Assembly (NCBI GenBank): GCA_017548505.1
Contig: JAFYZX010000005.1
Coordinates: 385-64,384, forward strand
Origin: Bacteroidales bacterium
GTDB taxonomy: Bacteria; Bacteroidota; Bacteroidia; Bacteroidales; UBA932
Direction of reading: 5' to 3'
Length of the DNA stretch: 64,000 nt
Positions 44,393-52,758 of the stretch are shown here, piece by piece. A model generated the notes under the pieces. It did no database searches. It was not told where the DNA came from and saw only the letters and a list, made by a program, of their open reading frames with translations. Both the position numbers and the translations under genes were made by a program. How positions within the stretch are numbered: the first letter of the stretch is position 1; the number at the start of each line of letters is the position of its first letter.

Positions 44393-44875
44393 ATGAAGAA
44401 AATATTTTTGCTGGCGGTTTTTGTTGTTGCGGTTTCCATTAACATGGGAGCCCAGGACACCACTGCCGTTAAGAATCTGAGTCTTGTGGATTCATCCCTG
44501 GTTAACACCTCCGTGTTCTCCCTGCTTTCTTCGGAAGGGGGAGGAAGCGCCGTCATAGACCAGACAGACCAGGTAAGGCAGGCCTTTGACCGGTACAATT
44601 CATCCGCTTCTTCCAGGAAGAGCTATGGCTACAAGATTATGGTCTATTCCAGTAACGGAAAGGAAGCCAGAGGCGTTTCATCGGGTATTGCAGGTTCTCT
44701 GAAGAACACTTATCCCCATCTGAACGTTTACCGCTCATACAAAGCGCCTTTCTTTATGGTGCATGTAGGGGATTTCAGAACAAAAAGCGATGCCATGAAA
44801 ATCCTTCACGACATCTCTTCTTCTCATAAACAGGCCAAGATAGTGCGCTCCACTATCGGCTGGTATGCTTTTTAA
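44393..44875 (+). CDS. SPOR-domain protein
   Basis: 160 aa with a signal peptide. The C-terminal YKIMVYSSNGKEARG...FFMVHVGDFRTKSDAMKI matches the SPOR peptidoglycan-binding repeat pattern. Confidence 0.75.
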   Translation: MKKIFLLAVFVVAVSINMGAQDTTAVKNLSLVDSSLVNTSVFSLLSSEGGGSAVIDQTDQVRQAFDRYNSSASSRKSYGYKIMVYSSNGKEARGVSSGIAGSLKNTYPHLNVYRSYKAPFFMVHVGDFRTKSDAMKILHDISSSHKQAKIVRSTIGWYAF

Positions 44876-45824
44876 ATCTCTTCCACCACTTGTTTTTTTT
44901 GTCCAGGGCCCATCTGCGGATAGGCTTTACGTGGCGGTCTATCTTCTCCGGATAGATGTCTGAAATCTTTATCAGCATTCCTGTTTCCTCAACTCCGCCG
45001 AAATAATCGTTGATGGCGGTATCGAAAACCTTCATGGAAGGGGAAAGGTTCATGTAGGAATGAATCAGCGGCGGGACATTTTCTCCGTTGGCCTTGAGTT
45101 CTTTCTGCATAACCTTGAGGGCATCCTTGTATTCCAGGCCCTCGAAAAGGGAATTGATGTAAGGGTCGTCTCCGATGCCTTCCAGTGGCTTATAGGCGGT
45201 TACCAGATGCTCCGGGTCCGGGAAGTACTTGTGAAGGAAACAGAGCAGGGTGTTTCTTGCCCTGCTGTTGTAGCCTGTGTACATGGTGACCTTGCCGAAG
45301 AAATACTTTATGTTCTCGTACTTGGCAACCAGAGCTCCCAGTCCGTCCCAGAGATTATCCAGAGCGTATATGCTTTTGCGTCTGAGGTTTGCGCTCTGGT
45401 AGTTCGGCTGGATGAAGGAGCGTCCGAGTTCGATTGTCCACGGGAGATATTCCTTCTTGAACTGCTCGGAGAAGGAAAGGATTTCCGTTGTGGCCATTTT
45501 CTCGGTAGGCAGGGCGCTGCACACGATATAGCGGTAGCCTCCGATGATCTCCTGGTTGTCTGAATCCCATACGAGAAGCTGCTTGTAGGCGTCGTGAGGG
45601 TCGGTATCGAACTCATCTATGTCGCAGGCCTTGCCCGTTCCTCCGCCGCCGAGGCGGAAGGAAATTTCGCGGAGCCTTCCGATTTCCCTCATCGTGAAAG
45701 GGGAATCTTCCGCAGTGATCTCGAAGATCATGTTGTCTCCCTTGCGGGTCTTGCCGATGAACTTTTCCGGAGTGAGTTCCCTTTTGATGAGGTCTCTATC
45801 TATTGGCTGAATTACTTTTTCCAT
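44853..45824 (-). CDS. GNAT-type N-acyltransferase (OlsB/GlsB-like, hemolysin-like)
   Basis: 323 aa. REISFRLGGGGTGK and the overall layout resemble the Acetyltransf_5 lipid N-acyltransferases. Paired with the upstream PlsC-like acyltransferase. Confidence 0.7.
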   Translation of the reverse strand: MEKVIQPIDRDLIKRELTPEKFIGKTRKGDNMIFEITAEDSPFTMREIGRLREISFRLGGGGTGKACDIDEFDTDPHDAYKQLLVWDSDNQEIIGGYRYIVCSALPTEKMATTEILSFSEQFKKEYLPWTIELGRSFIQPNYQSANLRRKSIYALDNLWDGLGALVAKYENIKYFFGKVTMYTGYNSRARNTLLCFLHKYFPDPEHLVTAYKPLEGIGDDPYINSLFEGLEYKDALKVMQKELKANGENVPPLIHSYMNLSPSMKVFDTAINDYFGGVEETGMLIKISDIYPEKIDRHVKPIRRWALDKKNKWWKRFKKHTSR

Positions 45825-46629
45825 AACTGTAAACTGTCTCTCTGATTTTGTCGCACCACTGCTGAGGAGTTTCCTTGGAATTCAGGATTTCCTCAGGGGT
45901 TATAGGGTCGCCGATGGTCAAAACGAAGGTTCTGTTCTTCTGGCGGAACATCTCGTGAGGAAGGAGAATCATCTCTATGAAAGACTTTATGCCAAGGGCC
46001 ATCCTGATCTTTGAGGACCAGTAGAATAGCCTTGAGTTCTTTCCCTTGAAGTGCATAGGCACTATGCAGCGGCCGCTGTTGGTGGCCTGGCGAACGAAGC
46101 TCCTCTTCCACTCCAGATCCTGGATCTTGCCCTTGATAAGCCTGGAGCACGCTCCCGCAGGGAAGTTGAGGACGTTGTAGTCAGAGTTATAAAGATCCAT
46201 TACTCCGCGAACCTGTTTTCCGCCGGCGGTTCCGAGATTGTTTACCGGAACGAAGAGTTCCTGCAGAGGCTCAAGGTTCATCAGAATATCGTTGACAAGA
46301 AACTTGGAAGGACCGAATCTCTTGCTCAGTTCCGTGGTGATTATGAGCCCGTCCAGACCGCCGAGAGGATGGTTGCTGACAAAGACGTATTTTTCTCCTT
46401 CCCTGAAGTTTTCAGGATGGAGGATATTCACGTTGTTCTTGACATTAAGGTACTCGAGGCATCCGTTTGCGAAATCCAGCCCCTTGAGGTCTCCGTACTT
46501 TGCCAGAATCTTGTTTATTTCCTTGAGATGTATGATTTTACCAAGTATCCAGATGACGAATCCGGGCAGCTTTTTTGCCAGACGCGGGTTCTTCTTTCTG
46601 ATGACTTCCTTAAGGTTGATAGGTTCCAT
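45796..46629 (-). CDS. lysophospholipid/PlsC-like O-acyltransferase (GlsA-like)
   Basis: Acyltransferase motif region FVSNHPLGGLDGL and FPAGACSR. Start set to the ATG at 46629 (MEPINLKE). The 3' end overlaps the next gene by 29 nt. Confidence 0.7.
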   Translation of the reverse strand: MEPINLKEVIRKKNPRLAKKLPGFVIWILGKIIHLKEINKILAKYGDLKGLDFANGCLEYLNVKNNVNILHPENFREGEKYVFVSNHPLGGLDGLIITTELSKRFGPSKFLVNDILMNLEPLQELFVPVNNLGTAGGKQVRGVMDLYNSDYNVLNFPAGACSRLIKGKIQDLEWKRSFVRQATNSGRCIVPMHFKGKNSRLFYWSSKIRMALGIKSFIEMILLPHEMFRQKNRTFVLTIGDPITPEEILNSKETPQQWCDKIRETVYSYGKSNSANR

Positions 46630-46680
46630 TCTGCCTTGCTTTATGGGCTTTGGTTTAGAGGACAAAATTAAAAAAAATAG

Positions 46681-46688
46681 TATCTTTG
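46681..46688 (+). promoter_or_regulatory. -7 promoter box for rpoN
   Basis: TATCTTTG, 6 nt upstream of the ATG at 46695. Confidence 0.55.
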
Positions 46689-46694
46689 TTCCAA

Positions 46695-48131
46695 ATGATG
46701 ATGGAAGGTTCAAAATCGGGAATTGGCATCGGGCAGAAAGTTGTCCAGACGCAGACTCTGACTCCTATCCAGATCCAGACAATCAAGCTGCTGGAGCTTC
46801 CGCTCGTGGAACTTGAACAGAGGATCCAGAAGGAGATAGAGGAGAATCCTGTGCTGGAAGATCCTGTTGAGACCGAGATGGAGGAGAATCCCCAGGAAAG
46901 GAAGAAAGTTTCCCTTTCCGAGGTCAAGGATGACTCCATTCCGTCCTACCGCCTTTACATCAACAACCGCGGCCGGGACGAAAGGCCCGAATACAACACC
47001 TTCTCCGTAAAGGAAAGTTTCTACCAGTCTCTGCTCAACCAGCTTGGATACAGGAAGATGGATGAGCGCCGCCGCAATATTGCCACGTTCATGGTATGCA
47101 GCCTGGATTCTACCGGTTATCTTTCCAGAAATCTCGAATCCCTTGCAAACGACATTTATCTCCGTCTGGGAATAGAAACAGACGAGAAGGAACTTGAGAC
47201 CATACTTACGGAAGACATCCAGCAGCTGGATCCGGTAGGGGTTGGCGCCCGCAATACCAGGGAGTGCCTGCTGCTGCAGCTCAAGGCCAAGGAGAACCGC
47301 ACTCCGGCTATGGAGAACGCCATAAAAATCCTGGACGGTTACTACGAGGAGTTCACAAAGAAGCACTTCGAGAAGATAATGAGCCGCCTTAACATTACGG
47401 AAGACGAGATAAAGGATGCCTACGACGAGATCCGCAAGCTTTATCTCCATCCGGGAGGACAGGTGGACGATTCCTACACAGACCAGACAATGCAGATTGT
47501 GCCGGACTTCATCCTGGAGAACGAAGACGGCCGCCTGACGGTTTCCCTTCCTAAGCTCAAGATTCCGCAGATAAAGGTCAACAAGGACTATGAGAGATAT
47601 GTGGAGAAGAAGCAGGACAGCACCAAGGCGGAGAAAGAGGCCACAAGTTTCGTGAAGAACAAGCTGGACAGCGCCAAGTGGTTCCAGGAAGCTATCCGCC
47701 GCCGCCAGGACACTATGCAGCGGACAATGAACGCTATAGTGGATTTCCAGAAGGAGTATTTCCTGGACGGAGACGATACGCGTCTCAAACCGATGGTTCT
47801 GAGGAACATCGCTGAGGTTACAGGTCTTGACATCTCCACCATTTCCAGAGTGGTGAACAGCAAATATGTCCAGACTCCTTTCGGCATCTATCCTCTCAAG
47901 CACTTCTTCTCCGAGGGTATGGTCACCGATTCGGGAGAGGAGGTTTCCACCCGCGAGATAAAGAAGATTCTCCAGCAGAGTGTCGAGAACGAGGACAAGT
48001 CCAACCCTCTGACAGACGAGGAATTGGTGGATCTGCTGACGGCCAAGGGATACAAGATTTCCAGGCGAACCATAGCCAAGTACCGCAGCCAGCTGGACAT
48101 TCCTATAGCCCGAATGAGAAGGGAAATATGA
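46695..48131 (+). CDS. rpoN: RNA polymerase sigma-54 factor
   Basis: Gln/Leu-rich region I (QTQTLTPIQIQTIKLLELPLVELEQRIQKEIEENPVLE) and a C-terminal HTH plus RpoN box (ISRRTIAKYRSQLDIP). Start at the ATG at 46695, since TATCTTTG at 46681-46688 covers the track's TTG start. Confidence 0.93.
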   Translation: MMMEGSKSGIGIGQKVVQTQTLTPIQIQTIKLLELPLVELEQRIQKEIEENPVLEDPVETEMEENPQERKKVSLSEVKDDSIPSYRLYINNRGRDERPEYNTFSVKESFYQSLLNQLGYRKMDERRRNIATFMVCSLDSTGYLSRNLESLANDIYLRLGIETDEKELETILTEDIQQLDPVGVGARNTRECLLLQLKAKENRTPAMENAIKILDGYYEEFTKKHFEKIMSRLNITEDEIKDAYDEIRKLYLHPGGQVDDSYTDQTMQIVPDFILENEDGRLTVSLPKLKIPQIKVNKDYERYVEKKQDSTKAEKEATSFVKNKLDSAKWFQEAIRRRQDTMQRTMNAIVDFQKEYFLDGDDTRLKPMVLRNIAEVTGLDISTISRVVNSKYVQTPFGIYPLKHFFSEGMVTDSGEEVSTREIKKILQQSVENEDKSNPLTDEELVDLLTAKGYKISRRTIAKYRSQLDIPIARMRREI

Positions 48132-49765
48132 AATATCTGAAAACCATAGCCGCCGTCCTTGCCGGGATGGCTTTTTTTCAATCATGCACTATGAAGACAA
48201 ATGTTGACCTTATAGGTATCAACGGAAAGGTTTATACCGTGGATTCCGCTTTCAGTATCGCTGAGGCTTTTGCCGTAAAGGACGGCAAGTTCCTGTTTGT
48301 GGGCACTACGGAAGAGGTGCAAAAGAATTACACCTCAGACAATGTGATTGACTTTAAGGGCGGGGCCGTTTATCCGGGTCTTATAGATGCGCACTGCCAC
48401 CTTCTGGAACTCGGGCAGAACCTTATGAGCGCCGACTTGAGGGGCTGCCGCAGCCTGGAGGAGGTTGTGGACAGGGTTAAGGCCTTCCACTCCTGCCACC
48501 CGAACCTGAAGCTCATAACCGGAGCGGGATGGGACCAGAATCTCTGGCCTGACAAGAGTTTTCCGGACAATACCCTTCTAAACGAGGCTTTCCCTGAAAT
48601 TCCCGTATGCCTTTCCAGAATAGACGGGCACGCTGTTCTTGCCAACGATGCGGCTATCAGGGCTATGGGGCTGGATATCAACGATAAATATTTGAACAGG
48701 GGAGAATGCAAGATACTTAACGGCCGCTTTACTGGAGTCTTTATGGAGAACACTTGCGTAAGGTTCAAGACAGACCTTTCTCCGGTAAATGCGGACAGTC
48801 TCAGCGATGTTCTGCTGGAAGCCCAGATGGAATGCTTCCGCTACGGCCTGACCTCCGTTTGCGATGCCGAAGAAGAGTATCCGACTCTTCAAGCCCTGAT
48901 TTCCCTGGCTGAAGACGGAAAGCTCCTTCTCAAGGTTGACGCCTGGCCGCTTCCAACCCAGGAGAACTTTGAGAAGGTGGCCCAACCTTTCACCCGCAAG
49001 AATGTGAAGGTGGATACATACAAGCTCTATAGAGACGGTGCTCTGGGATCCAGAGGCTCCCTTCTGAAGGAGGACTATTCCGATATGCCTGGAACAAAAG
49101 GCCTTGAATTCTATGCTTATGACCGCTTCAAGAGTTACTGCCAGTGGTGCTATGAACACGGATTTAGGGTTGCAACCCATTGTATCGGAGACTCTGCGGT
49201 TGCCTCTGCCCTGGATGTCTATGCAGAATTCCTCAAAGGAGAAAACAATTTAGGCTGGAGGATTGAGCACGCTCAGACCGTGGCCGATGAAGACATAGAT
49301 AAATTCAGCCGTTATTCCGTTATTCCTTCCGTTCAGCCAACGCACTGTACTTCGGACATGTTCTGGGCAAAGGACAGGCTTGGAGACAGAATCAGGACAG
49401 GTTACCGCTACAAGGATCTTCTGAACCAGCTAGGCTGGATTCCAAGCGGCACAGACTTCCCTATAGAGAGCGTGAACCCAATCTACACTTTCTTTGCCGC
49501 AGTCTTCCGCAAGAATCTGGAATTTAAGCCAGAGGAAGGCTTCCAGATGGAAAACGCCCTGACAAAGGAAGAGGCTCTGCGTTCTATGACAATTTGGGCC
49601 GCAAAGTCTACAAGCGAAGAGGCACAGAAGGGCAGCATTGAGACGGGCAAGGCAGCAGACTTCATAACAACGGACATAGATTTCTACATCGCCGAGGAAA
49701 AGAAAGTGCCGAAGGCTCGCGTCACCGGCACCTGGATCAACGGAGAAAAAGTTTTCTCCCTGTAA
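48128..49765 (+). CDS. amidohydrolase-family metal-dependent hydrolase (YtcJ-like), lipoprotein
   Basis: 545 aa, lipobox AFFQSCT. The GLIDAHCHL metal-binding motif and later H/D ligands (ATHCIGD, GTDFP) are present. The start overlaps the rpoN stop by 4 nt. Confidence 0.8.
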   Translation: MKYLKTIAAVLAGMAFFQSCTMKTNVDLIGINGKVYTVDSAFSIAEAFAVKDGKFLFVGTTEEVQKNYTSDNVIDFKGGAVYPGLIDAHCHLLELGQNLMSADLRGCRSLEEVVDRVKAFHSCHPNLKLITGAGWDQNLWPDKSFPDNTLLNEAFPEIPVCLSRIDGHAVLANDAAIRAMGLDINDKYLNRGECKILNGRFTGVFMENTCVRFKTDLSPVNADSLSDVLLEAQMECFRYGLTSVCDAEEEYPTLQALISLAEDGKLLLKVDAWPLPTQENFEKVAQPFTRKNVKVDTYKLYRDGALGSRGSLLKEDYSDMPGTKGLEFYAYDRFKSYCQWCYEHGFRVATHCIGDSAVASALDVYAEFLKGENNLGWRIEHAQTVADEDIDKFSRYSVIPSVQPTHCTSDMFWAKDRLGDRIRTGYRYKDLLNQLGWIPSGTDFPIESVNPIYTFFAAVFRKNLEFKPEEGFQMENALTKEEALRSMTIWAAKSTSEEAQKGSIETGKAADFITTDIDFYIAEEKKVPKARVTGTWINGEKVFSL

Positions 49766-49774
49766 GCGTCAATC

Positions 49775-50428
49775 TTAAATCTTCTCTCCATAGGCAAGGT
49801 CTCCTGCATCTCCCAGACCCGGGATGATGTAGGCTTTGTTGGTGAGTTCCTCGTCCACCGCTCCGACCCAAAGAGTTACTCTCTTGTGAGGCAACTGCTT
49901 TGAAAGATATCTGAGAGCTGCCTCGCTGCAGATAGATGCCACGATATGGGTGTGGATAGGTTCTCCCTCGTCTATGAGTTTGTTGTAGGTTAGCATAAGG
50001 GAGCTTCCTGTTGCAATCATGCAGTCTGTGATAATAAGTACCTTACCCTCCATAGGCGGACGGCTCATATATTCCATCTGGATTACAAACTTGTTGTCAT
50101 TTCCGTATTTGCGGTAAGCTGCTATGAAGGAATTCTCCGCCTTGTCAAAAACTTCCAGCACTCCGTTGTGAAGGGTAAGTCCGGCCCTCATTATGGATGC
50201 AATCACTACCTTGTCGGCCAGGGTTTTGCACTGTGCAATGCCAAGCGGAGTGGCAATCTCCGTGTCTTTGTAGGCCAGGGTCTTGCTTATCTCCATTGCC
50301 GCGAAAATACCAATCCTTTCCATATTGCGCCTAAAACGCATGCTGTCTTTCTGGATTTTCTTGTCCCTTAGTTCAGCCAGATACTGGCAAACGATGGAGT
50401 TCTTTTCGCAGAGATTAACTATTTTCAT
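49775..50428 (-). CDS. upp: uracil phosphoribosyltransferase
   Basis: PRPP loop VLIITDCMIATGSS and C-terminal YIIPGLGDAGD. Start at the ATG at 50428, 23 nt after the TATCTTTG box (50452-50459). Confidence 0.9.
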   Translation of the reverse strand: MKIVNLCEKNSIVCQYLAELRDKKIQKDSMRFRRNMERIGIFAAMEISKTLAYKDTEIATPLGIAQCKTLADKVVIASIMRAGLTLHNGVLEVFDKAENSFIAAYRKYGNDNKFVIQMEYMSRPPMEGKVLIITDCMIATGSSLMLTYNKLIDEGEPIHTHIVASICSEAALRYLSKQLPHKRVTLWVGAVDEELTNKAYIIPGLGDAGDLAYGEKI

Positions 50429-50451
50429 AACATGTTTTGTTTTGGTTAAAG

Positions 50452-50459
50452 CAAAGATA
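50452..50459 (-). promoter_or_regulatory. -7 promoter box for upp
   Basis: The minus strand reads TATCTTTG, 23 nt upstream of the ATG at 50428. Confidence 0.6.
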
Positions 50460-50467
50460 AACAAAAT

Positions 50468-51160
50468 CTACAATGCGCCGTCGTCTGAAAAGGAGAAATA
50501 ACTGTTTCCGGCAATAATCAGGTGATCCATAAGCTTGATGTCGCAGGCCTGTGCGGCTTCCTTGAGCCTTTGAGTCTGGATAATGTCTTCCTTCCCGGGT
50601 GTGCGGTTGCCGCTCGGATGGTTGTGGACCAGGATGATGGAACTGGCAAGCTTGCCCATGGCTTTCTTGAGAATCATCTTGGTGTCCATGACGGTGGCGC
50701 CGATGCCGCCGCTGCTTAGCTTTTCCTGTGAAATAAGGCGGTTGCCGCGGTTAAGGTACATAATCCAGCACTCTTCGTGTGTAAGGTCCTTAAGCAATGG
50801 AGAGATTGTCTGGGCTGCCGCTGCAGATGAGTAAATCTGCGGAAGCGGAGGAGCCGACTGGATCTGATAGCGTCTTGAGATTTCAAATACGGCCATAAGC
50901 TTTACTGCCTTGCTCATGCCGATTCCGGGGAAACTGCGGAAATCTTCTTCTGAAAAACGGGAAAGATGGGCGAGGTCATTTGAGGCGGAGTCCAGGATTT
51001 CCCTGGCAAGCTCCACAGCGTTCTTTTCGGGCGTTCCGCTTGAGATAATAATCGCGATGAGTTCTTCCGTGCTCAGAGCCTGGGCCCCTTTCTGCACGAA
51101 CTTTTCCCTGGGTCTCTGGCTAAGGTCCCAGCTGGTGATTGTCGAAAGATTCTTTTTCAT
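50468..51160 (-). CDS. radC: RadC-family (JAB/MPN domain) protein
   Basis: 230 aa with an HhH region (FPGIGMSKAVKLMA) and the JAMM motif ILVHNHPSG. Confidence 0.9.
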   Translation of the reverse strand: MKKNLSTITSWDLSQRPREKFVQKGAQALSTEELIAIIISSGTPEKNAVELAREILDSASNDLAHLSRFSEEDFRSFPGIGMSKAVKLMAVFEISRRYQIQSAPPLPQIYSSAAAAQTISPLLKDLTHEECWIMYLNRGNRLISQEKLSSGGIGATVMDTKMILKKAMGKLASSIILVHNHPSGNRTPGKEDIIQTQRLKEAAQACDIKLMDHLIIAGNSYFSFSDDGAL

Positions 51161-51170
51161 GGCATTATAA

Positions 51171-51198
51171 ATAAAAAAACTTCCCGAAAGTCGGGAAG
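51171..51198 (-). terminator. rho-independent terminator after rpsT
   Basis: Minus strand: CTTCCCGACTTTCGGGAAG followed by TTTTTTTAT. Confidence 0.8.
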
Positions 51199-51284
51199 TT
51201 TTTCTGTAACGCCATGCAAAACAGTAAATTCGCTGCAGTGTGAATCTTAAGAAAGTAAAAAACTTTCAGTTTTTGTACGATTGA

Positions 51285-51554
51285 CTACTTTGCAGCAGCC
51301 TCTTCGAGCTTTGCCACGTGCTTTACAAGACCGCTCTTGAGGTTGGAAGCCTTGTTCTTGTGGATGATGCCCTTTGCTGCGAGCTTGTCCAGCATGGCGG
51401 CCATCTTAGGAAGCTTCTCCTCAGCCTCTTTCTTGTCTGTAGTCTCCCTCAAAGCCTTTACGGCGTTGCGGGCAGTCTTTGCATAATAGTGGTTATGCTC
51501 TTTGCGCTTTGCAGTCTGGCGTACGCGCTTGTCTGCACTCTTATGATTTGCCAT
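51285..51554 (-). CDS. rpsT: 30S ribosomal protein S20
   Basis: 89 aa. MANHKSADKRVRQTAKR is the S20 N-terminal signature. Confidence 0.95.
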   Translation of the reverse strand: MANHKSADKRVRQTAKRKEHNHYYAKTARNAVKALRETTDKKEAEEKLPKMAAMLDKLAAKGIIHKNKASNLKSGLVKHVAKLEEAAAK

Positions 51555-51582
51555 AAATAATGTTTTTGTTTTTAAAAATCTG

Positions 51583-51654
51583 TAGTCGGTAGGAGAATCG
51601 AACTCCTATTACAAGAATGAAAATCTTGTGTCCTAACCGTTAGACGAACCGACC
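51583..51654 (-). tRNA. tRNA-Glu (anticodon TTC)
   Basis: The reverse complement reads GGTCGGTTCGTCTAACGGTTAGGACACAAGATTTTCATTCTTGTAATAGGAGTTCGATTCTCCTACCGACTA. Anticodon stem CAAGA/TCTTG with loop TTTTCAT, T-arm AGGAG-TTCGATT-CTCCT. It lies upstream of rpsT on the same strand, with a TATCTTTG box 10 nt upstream. Confidence 0.9.
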
Positions 51655-51664
51655 AATTGGGGCG

Positions 51665-51672
51665 CAAAGATA
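51665..51672 (-). promoter_or_regulatory. -7 promoter box for tRNA-Glu (and probably rpsT)
   Basis: The minus strand reads TATCTTTG, 10 nt upstream of the tRNA-Glu 5' end. Confidence 0.65.
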
Positions 51673-51679
51673 TAAAAAT

Positions 51680-52681
51680 TTATTTATTCTGAAAATTTTC
51701 TGCCCATTCAAATGAATAAACTACACTTTCCACCTGGCGGACAAGGTTTCTCTTCTTATATCGCGGAGCATAGACAAAACCTTGTATTACAAGTAGTTTG
51801 TTGGGATCTTTGGAGTAGATTACGTGTTCTACGAAAGGTCCGCCCATATAATCGTTTGCAACCTCCCAGAGACCGCGGATTTCCACATAGCTCTTGTCTT
51901 TGTACTTGTAGGAGGTCATTGTAGGGGTCACTGCGGTGGCTGTTGTCATATAACTGTTAGGGAACATTCCCGGAACATTGTTCTTGAGAACTTCATTTTG
52001 CTCGGCGATGACCGTTTCCATAGGCGGGAACTGAACTCCATCAAATGGAATTGTGTAGATGAGGATGCCCTGGTTAATGTAGGTCTTCTCGCTGGAAACC
52101 CAGATGAAGTTGTCTGCCACCTTCTTTATGGAATATCCCTTAGGGAAATATGTGGAGCCGCCGAATCTCTCTGCCACCACGCTGCGGACTGAGCTTTCCT
52201 CGAATTTCTTGGAGGCGCGGGCGATCCTTTCCTTTTCTATCTGGTCTATTGCACTGAAAATCACTTCTCCGTCTGCTTTCACAAGAGAATCTGCGATGTG
52301 AGCGTCCTTGGCGTCAACGGTTATGACAATCTGAGGCTGTGCCCAGACGTTCCTTTTTACAAATACTCCGTTCTCTGCAACCTTGCTGCTGATATTGAAG
52401 TATAGGATGTTACGATGACCCTTAAAGAGGTCTGAGAAAGCGTTCTCGTTGATGTTTATAAGGGTGAAGGAAGGCTCTCTCTGAGGAAGCATAGGATAAT
52501 CCTTGGCCAAGACATCCCTTACGGAAGTTCCCACTTCTGAATCCCAGTTGGTCTTGTCCAGAATGACTATAACCTCTCCAGCTTTGCCGTTTACGGTCTT
52601 CATATAGGCGGAATCATCGCTGTTCCCGCAGGAGGTCAGGGCGAAAGCCGCAATGGCGAGCAATAACAAACTTTTACGCAT
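51680..52681 (-). CDS. conserved Bacteroidetes lipoprotein, unknown function (possibly DUF4837)
   Basis: 333 aa, lipobox AFALTSCGNSD. No catalytic motif. The family name is from memory only. Confidence 0.55.
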   Translation of the reverse strand: MRKSLLLLAIAAFALTSCGNSDDSAYMKTVNGKAGEVIVILDKTNWDSEVGTSVRDVLAKDYPMLPQREPSFTLININENAFSDLFKGHRNILYFNISSKVAENGVFVKRNVWAQPQIVITVDAKDAHIADSLVKADGEVIFSAIDQIEKERIARASKKFEESSVRSVVAERFGGSTYFPKGYSIKKVADNFIWVSSEKTYINQGILIYTIPFDGVQFPPMETVIAEQNEVLKNNVPGMFPNSYMTTATAVTPTMTSYKYKDKSYVEIRGLWEVANDYMGGPFVEHVIYSKDPNKLLVIQGFVYAPRYKKRNLVRQVESVVYSFEWAENFQNK

Positions 52682-52758
52682 AGCAGTATCTTTTTACGCT
52701 ACAAAAATATCATAATCGGCGACAGGAGCTCTGCCGGGAATATCAATAAAATATCAAA

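Noticed and set aside
46710-48185. 491-aa antisense ORF covering all of rpoN. Similar long antisense ORFs occur at 14576-15661, 36873-37856, 54509-55408, 39190-40125 and 10548-11249
   Set aside because: For the three pairs whose frames I checked (46710-48185/rpoN, 14576-15661, 36873-37856), the antisense ORF is in the codon-aligned frame of a well-supported gene; the others were not checked. In that frame, stops arise only opposite TTA/CTA/TCA codons, which this genome evidently avoids. The translations are low-complexity and motif-free. This is a codon-usage by-product, not overlapping genes.
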